From positions 8,454-72,453 of the forward strand of contig PYVH01000001.1 of assembly GCA_003030785.1 (NCBI GenBank): a stretch of DNA of 64,000 nt. Reading direction: 5' to 3'. Made by a program: the position numbers and the translations under genes. The notes under the pieces were generated by a model. That model made no database searches. It was given only the letters and a program-made list of their open reading frames with translations, and was not told the DNA's origin. Of this stretch, positions 1 to 8,543 are shown piece after piece. The DNA comes from Marinobacter sp. B9-2 (lineage in GTDB: Bacteria; Pseudomonadota; Gammaproteobacteria; Pseudomonadales; Oleiphilaceae). The stretch's first letter is position 1. Each line of letters starts with the position of its first letter.

Positions 1-53
1 GTGGTTTTGCCAACGCCGCCCTTTCCTGAGGTAACGACAATAATTCTAGCCAA
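1..53 (-). CDS. minD: Septum site-determining ATPase MinD, N-terminus (runs off window edge)
   Basis: Reverse strand from TTG at 53 reads MARIIVVTSGKGGVGKTT (deviant Walker A of MinD); lies directly downstream of minC; not in the ORF track. Confidence 0.93.
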   Translation of the reverse strand, partial: MARIIVVTSGKGGVGKT

Positions 54-130
54 GGTTCTGTTCCTGTTTCTCGGTGGATTCGTCGTGTCTGCCGAATTAT
101 CCGGTCAAGTTATTGTATTCAGCTCCAATA

Positions 131-892
131 TCAGGCCTTGTCCAGTGGCGTTACCACCAGCAGGTCGTCCCTGAGCTGGATTTGCACAGCGCTTTTCCAG
201 CCATTTTCCTGAAGATCCTCGGAGATTTTATAGTGTCCCGCGATGGACACAAGCTCCGCTTCCAGGGATTGGCAGAAAACCCGTGCGGATTCTGCGCCAT
301 GAATGCCGGCCAGCGCCCGCCCCCGCAGGGGGCCGTAAACATGGATGTTGCCTGCCGCAAGCACTTCGGCACCGGCCTGCACCGGCGCCAGAATAACCAG
401 GTCACCTTCCGGTGCGTGGACCTGCTGGCCGGAGCGCACCGGCTGGGAGATGATCTTGGCCGGGGGCGGGTCGCCGGCAGCGCCCGTCGGGGCAGCAACA
501 GCCGCGGTTTCTGCTTCCTCCGCGGCCGCCTGTTCGGCTTCATGGGTGCGATCGCGCTGGCCGTTGCCCGGCAGCAAGGCCAGTGCAGCGCCCCGGGCGA
601 GGCGGCGCTGGTCGTCGGTACCACCGCGCACGCCAATCACGTGGATGTTGTTGCGCCGACAGGTACCGATGATCTTGAAAAAATCCAGTTCGCTGTCCAA
701 CCCCTGGTATTTCTCCAGACTGATGATCAGCGGAATGTCCTTGAAGAACCCGGGGGCCTGGCTGATCTTGTCCCGCAAAACTTCTTCGAACTCGCCGTCG
801 TCAAAATAGTAGAGCTCCAGGGCGGTCATGGACACGCTGGCGCTTTTTAGCTGAAAACCCTGTTTTACCCCGGAGGTGGCGGTATCGCTCAT
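131..892 (-). CDS. minC: Septum site-determining protein MinC
   Basis: MinC motifs (KISQAPGFF, PVRSGQQV, GAEVLAAGNIHVYGPLRGRALAG); start set at MSDTAT, which overlaps the upstream stop (ATGA). Confidence 0.95.
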   Translation of the reverse strand: MSDTATSGVKQGFQLKSASVSMTALELYYFDDGEFEEVLRDKISQAPGFFKDIPLIISLEKYQGLDSELDFFKIIGTCRRNNIHVIGVRGGTDDQRRLARGAALALLPGNGQRDRTHEAEQAAAEEAETAAVAAPTGAAGDPPPAKIISQPVRSGQQVHAPEGDLVILAPVQAGAEVLAAGNIHVYGPLRGRALAGIHGAESARVFCQSLEAELVSIAGHYKISEDLQENGWKSAVQIQLRDDLLVVTPLDKA

Positions 893-1278
893 GAAGGCGT
901 CTCTTCCCTGGTCGTGTTGTCGGTTGGGTTGGGGCGCTGCCGGAGTGGCACGCCTTCGAATCGGATGCCTGACCACCCGGTGCTGATAAACTGGCGGATG
1001 TTGCCATGGCTCTCGCCGGTCGGGTCGTCCAGAACCTGCTGATAGTGCTCGGCAAACAGTTTGAGCGTGTCCACTTCGCTCAGGTTGCAGTACTGGCCAA
1101 GGCCAAAGATCCGGCAGGACCCGGCGTTCTCGCCCTCCGCGTTCACCAGCGGGCCGTTGCGGAAGCCGCAGGGCTGGTACTCAAAATGCTCTTCGATCAG
1201 AGCCAGAGAGTCTTTGAAGCTGGCATGACCAGCGTCCAGGGATGCCAGATGGATCCTCACGGCATCATTGACACTCAT
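889..1278 (-). CDS. HopJ-like family protein
   Basis: Motifs F.NG...N..GEN.GSCRIF, FAEHYQQVL..P.GESHGNIRQF...GW.GI.F resemble the HopJ family. Confidence 0.8.
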   Translation of the reverse strand: MSVNDAVRIHLASLDAGHASFKDSLALIEEHFEYQPCGFRNGPLVNAEGENAGSCRIFGLGQYCNLSEVDTLKLFAEHYQQVLDDPTGESHGNIRQFISTGWSGIRFEGVPLRQRPNPTDNTTREETPS

Positions 1279-1556
1279 TATTTATGATCCTGCTTGGGGC
1301 CTGTCTGGTAGAGGGCTTTCCAGTCCTCATAGGGCATGCCATAAATCTCCTCACGGGCTTGCGGATCAGAGATTTCGAAACCCCGCTCATCTGCCTCTGC
1401 CCGGTACCACTTGGACAGGCAGTTGCGGCAGAAACCCGCGAGGTTCATCAGGTCAATGTTCTGCACATCGGTGTTGTCACGCAGGTGTTTGACCAGGCGA
1501 CGAAAAGCTGCGGCTTCAATTTCGGTGCGTTCTGCTTCAGGAATCGGGTTGCTCAT
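1278..1556 (-). CDS. DUF1244 family protein
   Basis: EAAAFRRLVKHL...DVQNIDLMNLAGFCRNCLSKWY...ARE.IYGMPY..WK is typical of DUF1244. Confidence 0.85.
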   Translation of the reverse strand: MSNPIPEAERTEIEAAAFRRLVKHLRDNTDVQNIDLMNLAGFCRNCLSKWYRAEADERGFEISDPQAREEIYGMPYEDWKALYQTGPKQDHK

Positions 1557-1596
1557 GGTGGCCTCGCAATGGTTGATGCGCCGGTTGTTGGGGTTC

Positions 1597-1625
1597 CTGA
1601 CATTCTCTGCATGTTAGCTTAAGAT
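1597..1625 (+). promoter_or_regulatory. Putative sigma70 promoter of dinB
   Basis: CTGACA (1597-1602), 17 bp, TAAGAT (1620-1625), just upstream of the SOS box. Confidence 0.5.
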
Positions 1626-1631
1626 ACAAGG

Positions 1632-1647
1632 CTGTATAAATGTACAG
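1632..1647. promoter_or_regulatory. LexA (SOS) box
   Basis: CTGTATAAATGTACAG matches CTG-N10-CAG with AT-rich spacer; ends 24 bp before the dinB start. Confidence 0.9.
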
Positions 1648-1671
1648 AAAGTCGACGCGAGCCCCCTGATT

Positions 1672-2736
1672 ATGCCACAACGCAAGATCATCCATGTGGA
1701 TTGTGACTGCTTCTACGCGGCCGTGGAGATGCGGGACGATCCCAGCCTCCGGGATGTGCCGCTGGCAGTGGGTGGTGATGGTGGCCGGGGCGTGGTAACC
1801 ACCTGCAATTACAAGGCCCGCGCGTACGGTGTGCGTTCGGCGATGCCGGGTAGCGAGGCGCGTCGGCTGTGCCCGGGGCTGGTGACGGTACCGACGGACA
1901 TGGGCCGGTACCGGGCGGTGTCACAGCAGGTGATGGCGATCCTGCGGGAGCTGACGGATCTGGTGGAACCTCTTTCCCTGGACGAGGCCTTTCTTGATGT
2001 CTCTGATGTGACCGATCACAAGGGCAGTGCCACCCTGATGGCTCGCCACCTTCGGGAGCGGGTGCGCCAGGAAGTGGGCATCACTATTTCCGCCGGCGTC
2101 GCGCCCAACAAGTTCCTCGCGAAAATCGCCAGCGACTGGGAAAAGCCGGACGGACTGTTTGTGATTCGCCCGGAGGACGTTGAGGGCTTCGTGCAGGGAT
2201 TGCCGGTTGAGAAGCTGTTTGGCGTAGGGCAGGTAACGGCCTCGAAACTGCACGCACTTGGCGTCAAAACCTGCGGCGACATGCAGGCGCAGGGGGCCGA
2301 TGTTCTGATCGAGCGGTTCGGCAAACAGGGCTATCGCCTCCATGAGATGGCCCACGGGCGGGATGACCGGGCGGTGGTGGTGTCGCGGATTGCCAAGTCG
2401 GTCAGCGTCGAACGAACCTTTTCCCAGGATTTGCCGGACATGGCCGCCTGCGAGACCGTCATGGCCTCCCTGGTTGCAGACCTCAACCTCCGCCTGTCGC
2501 GCAAGGCCCGCCGGAAACCGATTCACAAGCTCTTTATCAAGATCCGGTACAGCGATTTTTCAACCCACACCCTGGAGCGAGTCCGGGAACAGGTTAAAGA
2601 GCCTGCCCTGGAAGATTATCTGCCGCTGCTGGCAGAACTGGTGACCAACCGGGAGCGACCGGTGCGGCTGCTGGGGCTGGGCGTGCGTTTTCGAAATGAT
2701 GACGCCCCGGTTACCCAGTTGCGCCTGTTTGATTAG
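1672..2736 (+). CDS. dinB: DNA polymerase IV
   Basis: [42 protein letters not shown] motifs. Confidence 0.96.
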   Translation: MPQRKIIHVDCDCFYAAVEMRDDPSLRDVPLAVGGDGGRGVVTTCNYKARAYGVRSAMPGSEARRLCPGLVTVPTDMGRYRAVSQQVMAILRELTDLVEPLSLDEAFLDVSDVTDHKGSATLMARHLRERVRQEVGITISAGVAPNKFLAKIASDWEKPDGLFVIRPEDVEGFVQGLPVEKLFGVGQVTASKLHALGVKTCGDMQAQGADVLIERFGKQGYRLHEMAHGRDDRAVVVSRIAKSVSVERTFSQDLPDMAACETVMASLVADLNLRLSRKARRKPIHKLFIKIRYSDFSTHTLERVREQVKEPALEDYLPLLAELVTNRERPVRLLGLGVRFRNDDAPVTQLRLFD

Positions 2737-2739
2737 CGT

Positions 2740-3318
2740 TCAGACGGACCCGGCAAATATGGTCACGAAATCGGAGTGCAGCCAGCTCATGGCCACGTAA
2801 CCCATCAGCCCACCGATCAGGGCGCCTGCGGCGACGTCGCTGGGGTAGTGCAGGCCCAGAACCACCCGTGATGCGGCGACACTGAGGGTGAAGGGAAGCA
2901 CGATCAGCGCCAGCGCCGGTTCGGCCACGGTGAGCATAACCTGAAAGCAGGCGGCGTGAAGTGTGTGGCCGGAGGGAAAGCTGTAGCGGTCGAGGGGGGG
3001 TGTGCCGCAGTTGATGGCCGGAAAGGATATAAACGGTCGCTCCCGGATAAGCCAGCGCTTGAGCAACTTGTAGCTGAGGGTACAGGTGAGCCCCGTCAGC
3101 GCCATGAGCAGGGCCAGACCGGGGCCCGATTGCGGATAGAGAAAGGGAATGGAAAGGATCAGCGCGTACCAGAACCAGCCGTCTCCGAGTCGGCTTACCA
3201 GCCGGAAATAGCCAAGGGCTGGCCGGAAACGAACAGCGCGGTTAATAGACTGGCAGAAAGCGACTTCCCGCTGGTCTGCCAGTTCAAAGAAGCGAGACGC
3301 TTTGCTTGTTGATGCCAT
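2740..3318 (-). CDS. PAP2-family membrane phosphatase
   Basis: C1 KRWLIRERP, C2 SFPSGH and C3 SRVVLGLHYPSD motifs with hydrophobic helices. Confidence 0.9.
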   Translation of the reverse strand: MASTSKASRFFELADQREVAFCQSINRAVRFRPALGYFRLVSRLGDGWFWYALILSIPFLYPQSGPGLALLMALTGLTCTLSYKLLKRWLIRERPFISFPAINCGTPPLDRYSFPSGHTLHAACFQVMLTVAEPALALIVLPFTLSVAASRVVLGLHYPSDVAAGALIGGLMGYVAMSWLHSDFVTIFAGSV

Positions 3319-4504
3319 GATATCCGGCCTTTGCGGTTTGGTTGAAAACCAGTTGTTCGAACTGTTCGATCTGCGAATTCCAGCTCTGTTCCAGGGCGTC
3401 CAGCCTTGCCTGGGCCCTGATCCGGTTCAGCAGGGTCGGCTGGTCGGCCAGTCGAAGGGCACTGTCGACGTAAGACTCGTCCTGATCCAGTGGCACTTTC
3501 ATGCCGTTTACCTCGTGGCGGATGTGTTCGGCTGCTGCAGCGTCATCAAAGCTGACAACCCCCAGGCCGCTGGCCATTGCCTCCAGCACCACGTTGCCGA
3601 AGGTATCGGTCTTGCTCGGGAACAGGAACAGATCGCCTGAGGCAAAATGTCGGGCCAGGTCGTCACCACGCCGGGTGCCGCAGAACACGTAGTCCGGGTG
3701 GCGTTCAGCCAGTTGACGCCGAAGCGGGCCGTCGCCAACCAGGACGAACCTGGCCTGGGGGTGGAGGCCCCGGATCCGCTCGAAGCAGGCAACTGCCATT
3801 CGCAGGTTTTTCTCCGGTGCCAGCCGGCCGACGTACAGAATGGCCCGGTCGTTGGGCTGAAGTCCCCAGGATTCGCGCAGAGCGGTGTCCCGCTTGTGGG
3901 GGGTGAATCGATGGCAGTCCACGCCCCGACTCCAGAGCCCGGTTGCGGGAATACCCATGGCTCGAGTCGTCTGTTGCATTTTTCGGGTGGGCACCAGGGT
4001 GATGGCGGTGCGGTTATGGAACCAGCGGCCGTAAAGACACAGCAACCGTTCCAGCATGCCGACGCCGTAATACCGACTGTAGCTGTGAAAGTTGGTGTGG
4101 AAGCCGGAGCTCACCGGAATGCCCATCTGGCGTGCCGCTGATGTGGCGGCGACACCCAGTGGCCCCTGGGTGGCAACGTAGAGGGCATCGGGCCGGTCGG
4201 TGGCCAGGAGCTTTTTCAGGTGGCTGGTCCGGGCCAGGCCAAAGCGCAGGTCCGCGTAGCCGGGCAGAGGCAATCCGGTCACCACATGCTCACGGGTGAA
4301 CAGGGCCTCGCCGGCACTGGCGAAGTGGCCCTTGCGCTCATGTTGCTGTCGCGGTCGTATAACCGTCACCCGGTGCCCACGCTGCATCAGTCCCTGGCAA
4401 AGGTGCCTGAGCGTGTTTGCCACCCCATTGATTTCCGGCGGAAAAGTCTCCGAAACAATGGTAATGTGTTGTTGGCGCCGGTTGGCCTGCATGGTCTCGG
4501 TCAC
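3284..4504 (-). CDS. GT4 glycosyltransferase, probable glycolipid synthase (Agt-like)
   Basis: IVSETFPPEINGVANTL N-terminus, YVGRLAPEKN, DTFGNVVLEAMASG; start GTG 4504 or ATG 4492; overlaps the PAP2 gene by 35 nt. Confidence 0.88.
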   Translation of the reverse strand: MTETMQANRRQQHITIVSETFPPEINGVANTLRHLCQGLMQRGHRVTVIRPRQQHERKGHFASAGEALFTREHVVTGLPLPGYADLRFGLARTSHLKKLLATDRPDALYVATQGPLGVAATSAARQMGIPVSSGFHTNFHSYSRYYGVGMLERLLCLYGRWFHNRTAITLVPTRKMQQTTRAMGIPATGLWSRGVDCHRFTPHKRDTALRESWGLQPNDRAILYVGRLAPEKNLRMAVACFERIRGLHPQARFVLVGDGPLRRQLAERHPDYVFCGTRRGDDLARHFASGDLFLFPSKTDTFGNVVLEAMASGLGVVSFDDAAAAEHIRHEVNGMKVPLDQDESYVDSALRLADQPTLLNRIRAQARLDALEQSWNSQIEQFEQLVFNQTAKAGYHGINKQSVSLL

Positions 4505-4536
4505 GGTGTTTCCTGTGCTTCCTTTGACATGCCCCT

Positions 4537-4581
4537 ACTATGAAAAGCTGGCATGACAGTTATGCGACACTCCCGTGACAT
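4537..4581 (-). promoter_or_regulatory. Pho box array plus -10 element for the GT4-PAP2 operon
   Basis: Minus strand ATGTCAC-GGGA-GTGTCGC-ATAA-CTGTCAT (11-bp period, 4581-4553), 10 nt, then CATAGT (4542-4537). Confidence 0.75.
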
Positions 4582-4613
4582 TCCCTTTACCCGTTAACCG
4601 AACCGGAGACGAT

Positions 4614-5651
4614 ATGCAAACGAGAAAGCTTGGCAAGACGGATCTCGACGTTACCCTTATCTGCCTGGGCACCATGACGTGGGGCGAACAGAACACCGAA
4701 AAGGAAGCGTCTGAGCAGCTGGATTGCGCAGTGAATGAGGGCATCAACTTTATTGATGCCGCCGAGATGTACCCGGTGCCGCCAAGGGCGGAAACCCAGG
4801 GGCTGACCGAAACCTACCTGGGGAACTGGCTGGCCAGTCGGGGCAAGCGCGACGACCTGGTGATTGCTTCCAAAGTGGCGGGGCCGGGCAATGGTCTGAA
4901 GTACCTGCGCGATGGTCCGCGTCTGACCCGCGATCACATTGTGGAGGCCTGCGACGCCAGTCTGAAACGCCTGCAGACAGACTACATCGATCTGTACCAG
5001 GTGCACTGGCCGGATCGCAGCACGAACTTTTTCGGCAAGCTCGGTTACGAGCACAATCCGGATGAGTCTTTCACGCCGATCGAGGAAACACTTGAGGCGC
5101 TGGATGAGCTGGTGCGCTCGGGCAAGGTAAGGCACATCGGGCTGTCCAATGAAACACCCTGGGGCACCATGGAGTATCTTCGCCTGGCCGGCGAGAAGGG
5201 CTGGCCGAGGGTGGCCAGTATTCAGAATCCCTATAACCTTCTTAACCGCTCGTTCGAAGTGGGGATGGCGGAAATTGCCCACCGCGAGCAGGCCGGTTTG
5301 CTGGCTTATTCGCCGCTGGCGTTCGGCATGCTGTCAGGCAAGTATCTCGGGGGCAAGTGGCCGGAGAAAGCCAGAATGACGCTTTATGAGCGTTTCAGTC
5401 GTTACACCAGTGGCCGGGGTATGGATGCTACCCGGGCCTACGTGGAGCTGGCGCAGCAGAGCGGGTTGTCTCCGGTCCAGATGGCGCTCGCTTACGTCAA
5501 CAGCCGCAGTTTCGTAACCAGCAATATCATCGGTGCGACGTCTATGGAGCAGTTACGGGAAAACATCGGTTCCGCGCAGGTGACCCTGAGCCCTGAGGTG
5601 CTGGAGGCCATTGAGACCCTCCACCAGGAATTTACCTATCCCTGCCCCTGA
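4614..5651 (+). CDS. tas: NADP(H)-dependent aldo-keto reductase Tas
   Basis: ICLGTMTWGEQN, DAAEMYPVPP, LQTDYIDLYQVHWP, SIQNPYNLLNR, C-terminal YPCP; GGAG RBS before ATG 4614. Confidence 0.9.
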   Translation: MQTRKLGKTDLDVTLICLGTMTWGEQNTEKEASEQLDCAVNEGINFIDAAEMYPVPPRAETQGLTETYLGNWLASRGKRDDLVIASKVAGPGNGLKYLRDGPRLTRDHIVEACDASLKRLQTDYIDLYQVHWPDRSTNFFGKLGYEHNPDESFTPIEETLEALDELVRSGKVRHIGLSNETPWGTMEYLRLAGEKGWPRVASIQNPYNLLNRSFEVGMAEIAHREQAGLLAYSPLAFGMLSGKYLGGKWPEKARMTLYERFSRYTSGRGMDATRAYVELAQQSGLSPVQMALAYVNSRSFVTSNIIGATSMEQLRENIGSAQVTLSPEVLEAIETLHQEFTYPCP

Positions 5652-5876
5652 ATCCGCCGGGTTCTGGCTTAAACCGCCGGTCAGTGGGCGCTGGCCGGAG
5701 GTTGCCGTTACAGTCTGAAATACTGGGGATCATAAATTGACAAAAATAGGCTGATCCCGTGACAAAAAGTCGGTGTCTTTGTGTGCCGATTCACATCTTT
5801 CTGGCCCTTAATCATTAGACTTAAGCCTAAGGTATCCGTAGACTCCCGTGTCGAAAAAAAGGTCTCAGGCAGTGTC

Positions 5877-6200
5877 ATGATTATTCGCATCTTTGTCGCA
5901 TTACTCGCTCTCAATCTCGTTGCATTCGTCGTTCGCGCCGAAGCATCCGAGCGCGTATTCGAGCAGGTCGAGAGCACCACGACCAGCGAGCAGATCTTTG
6001 AGATGCAGGAGCGGGTTTCCGGCGACTATGAAGAGGACAGCTCCGAGGCGTTCACCGAAATCGGCTCACGCCTGCTCAGCCTTTCACTGACCCGGTCGAA
6101 GAGCTCCGGCAAGCAGTATGCGTCGGATCCAGCCCAGGCCGACCATGGCATTGCCCTTCTGAACGAGGGCGCCTGCCTGAACCTGAAGTGGAACTTCTGA
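5877..6200 (+). CDS. Hypothetical exported protein (~107 aa)
   Basis: ATG 5877 gives a signal-peptide-like start MIIRIFVALLALNLVAFVVRAEA; coding-like composition; C-terminus LNLKWNF. Confidence 0.65.
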   Translation: MIIRIFVALLALNLVAFVVRAEASERVFEQVESTTTSEQIFEMQERVSGDYEEDSSEAFTEIGSRLLSLSLTRSKSSGKQYASDPAQADHGIALLNEGACLNLKWNF

Positions 6201-6332
6201 AACCCTCTCACCTGTCTTCAATCCCCTGAACCCCTGAACTCCTTCAAACCACAGAATCATGATCTGGCGCATTGTCTGTACCTGATCCTCGTGTGATCAT
6301 CCCCGTTAGATTAGCCAATAAGGAGCTTGGTA

Positions 6333-8543
6333 ATGGCGGGTGATAGAGGGCAGTTATCGAATGATGTGAACGCCTGTGTTGACGAGGTGATTCGCCGGGT
6401 TGGTAAGGAAATCACACTGGGTTTGCCGCTTGGGCTTGGCAAACCGGTTCGTTTTGTTAATGCGCTGTACCAGCGGGCCAAGGACGATCCGGAAATCCGT
6501 CTGCATATTGTCACGGCACTGTCGCTGCTGGCGCCAAAGGGCGGCTCCTCGCTCGAGAAACGCTTCATGGGGCCATTTGTAGAGCGCCTCTATGGCCGGA
6601 TTCCGGAACTGGCCTATGCCCGGGATGTCTCAGCCAATCGCCTCCCACCGAATGTCCAGGTCTCGGAGTTTTTCTTCAAGGCCGGCAGTTACCTGAACAA
6701 TCGTTCCCAGCAGCGGCATTATGTTTGTACCAACTACACCCATGCCGTTCGCGATCTTATGGCCGTGGGGGTCAATGTGGTCGCCCAGATGGTGTCTCCG
6801 GGCGACGCCCATGGGCAGCCAGGGCAAGTCAGTCTGAGTTGCAATCCCGACCTGACCCTGGACCTGATTCCTCTGCTTAGGGAGCGGGAAGCAGCCGGCA
6901 CGCCGGTTGCGCTGGTGGCCGAGATGAATCAGAACCTTCCCTGGTTCGGACATCATGCGGCCATTGAGGCAGACCGGTTCGATGTGTTGCTGGATCAGCC
7001 CTCCAGCGATTACCCGCTGTTTTCAGCCCCGCAGATGTCGGTCAGCCCGGAAGATCACATGATCGGGTTTTATGCCAGTACCTTGTTGAAGGACGGCGGC
7101 ACCCTTCAGGTTGGCATCGGCTCACTGGGTGCCGCTCTGGTCCACAGCGCCATACTCCGGCACAGTCACAACGATGCCTGGCGGAAGGTGTTTGATCATC
7201 TGAACGTTGACCAGAACTTTTCTGTTGTCAGGGAAGAGGGCGGCACAGGCCCCTTCGAGCAGGGCCTGTATGGCTGCAGTGAAATGATGGTTGATGGCTT
7301 TCTGTACCTGATGCAGGAGGGCATCCTCACCCGTGAGGTTTACGATCACGCCGGTCTTCAGGCACTGATCAACCGTGGTGATATCAGCGGTGAGGTTTCA
7401 CTCGCGACTCTGGATGTCCTGCGTCGTGAGAAGCTGATCGATAGCCCGCTCCGGGCACGGGATGTTCACTGGTTGGTCCGGCATGGCATCTTCAGGGAGA
7501 CCGTCGAATTCAAGGGCGGCCGGTTGCGGGTTGGTGATCAGTCGGTGGAGGGCGACCTGGACAACCCGGATGCCCGGGAAGCCATCGAAACCCTGATTCT
7601 CGGGGATAAGCTGAGTGGTGGTATTGCCATGCACGGTGGTTTTTACGTTGGCCCCGAGCAGTTCTACCAGTACCTGAGAGAGCTGACCGAGGAGCAGCGT
7701 GCCAAAATCTGCATGACCAGCGTGAATTTCATCAACCACCTGTACGACCACCCGTTTGGCGACCAGAAGCTGAAGGCCGCGCAGCGGGTTCATGGCCGCT
7801 TCATCAACTCGGCCATGATGTACACCCTCAACGGTGCCGGGGTATCGGATGGCCTTGACGACGGCCGGGTAGTCAGCGGTGTTGGCGGTCAGTACAACTT
7901 TGTTGCCATGGCTCACGAGCTGCCGGGCGCACGTTCGATACTGTCGCTGCGCAGCACCCGATCATCCCAGGGCAAGGTACTGTCCAATATCGTGTTCAAT
8001 TATGGTCATTGCACCATACCCCGCCATCTGCGGGACATCGTCATTACCGAGTACGGGATTGCCGATCTGAGAGGGCAGTCCGACGAGCAGGTCTTCCTGC
8101 GGCTGATCCGCATCTCCGACTCCCGGTTCCAGCAGGAGCTTCTGAAAAAAGCCCAGAAGGCAGGCAAGGTGGATCCTGCGTTCAAGCTGCCTGCCGATTG
8201 GTGTAACAATACCCCGCAAGCCATCCGGCATGCCGTTGCGGCAGCGGGAGATGCCGGCATGTTCCCGCCGTTCCCGTTTGGCAGGGACTTTACCGATGAG
8301 GAGCTGACGTTGGGGAAAGCCCTTAAGGGCCTCAAGGCCGCAACGGCCACTCGCCGTGGTAAACTGTCGACTCTGTTACAGGCCCTCCGGGCCCGGGATG
8401 ACGAAGGCCGTTATGGGGCCCTGCTTGAGCGCATGGGTCTGAGCAACCCTTCAGGATTGCGGGACAAGCTGGATCAGCGACTGGTAATTCATGGCCTGCA
8501 ACAGCTCGAAACACCACCGGACACAGGAAACTCGAAAACCTGA
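6333..8543 (+). CDS. Acetyl-CoA hydrolase/transferase family protein
   Basis: GGTLQVGIGSLG, VSGVGGQYNFV, RHLRDIVITEYGIADLRG motifs; AGGAG RBS before ATG 6333. Confidence 0.88.
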   Translation: MAGDRGQLSNDVNACVDEVIRRVGKEITLGLPLGLGKPVRFVNALYQRAKDDPEIRLHIVTALSLLAPKGGSSLEKRFMGPFVERLYGRIPELAYARDVSANRLPPNVQVSEFFFKAGSYLNNRSQQRHYVCTNYTHAVRDLMAVGVNVVAQMVSPGDAHGQPGQVSLSCNPDLTLDLIPLLREREAAGTPVALVAEMNQNLPWFGHHAAIEADRFDVLLDQPSSDYPLFSAPQMSVSPEDHMIGFYASTLLKDGGTLQVGIGSLGAALVHSAILRHSHNDAWRKVFDHLNVDQNFSVVREEGGTGPFEQGLYGCSEMMVDGFLYLMQEGILTREVYDHAGLQALINRGDISGEVSLATLDVLRREKLIDSPLRARDVHWLVRHGIFRETVEFKGGRLRVGDQSVEGDLDNPDAREAIETLILGDKLSGGIAMHGGFYVGPEQFYQYLRELTEEQRAKICMTSVNFINHLYDHPFGDQKLKAAQRVHGRFINSAMMYTLNGAGVSDGLDDGRVVSGVGGQYNFVAMAHELPGARSILSLRSTRSSQGKVLSNIVFNYGHCTIPRHLRDIVITEYGIADLRGQSDEQVFLRLIRISDSRFQQELLKKAQKAGKVDPAFKLPADWCNNTPQAIRHAVAAAGDAGMFPPFPFGRDFTDEELTLGKALKGLKAATATRRGKLSTLLQALRARDDEGRYGALLERMGLSNPSGLRDKLDQRLVIHGLQQLETPPDTGNSKT

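Noticed and set aside
889..1278. HopJ as evidence of type III secretion or virulence
   Set aside because: No T3SS genes in the window; the gene is embedded in a housekeeping unit
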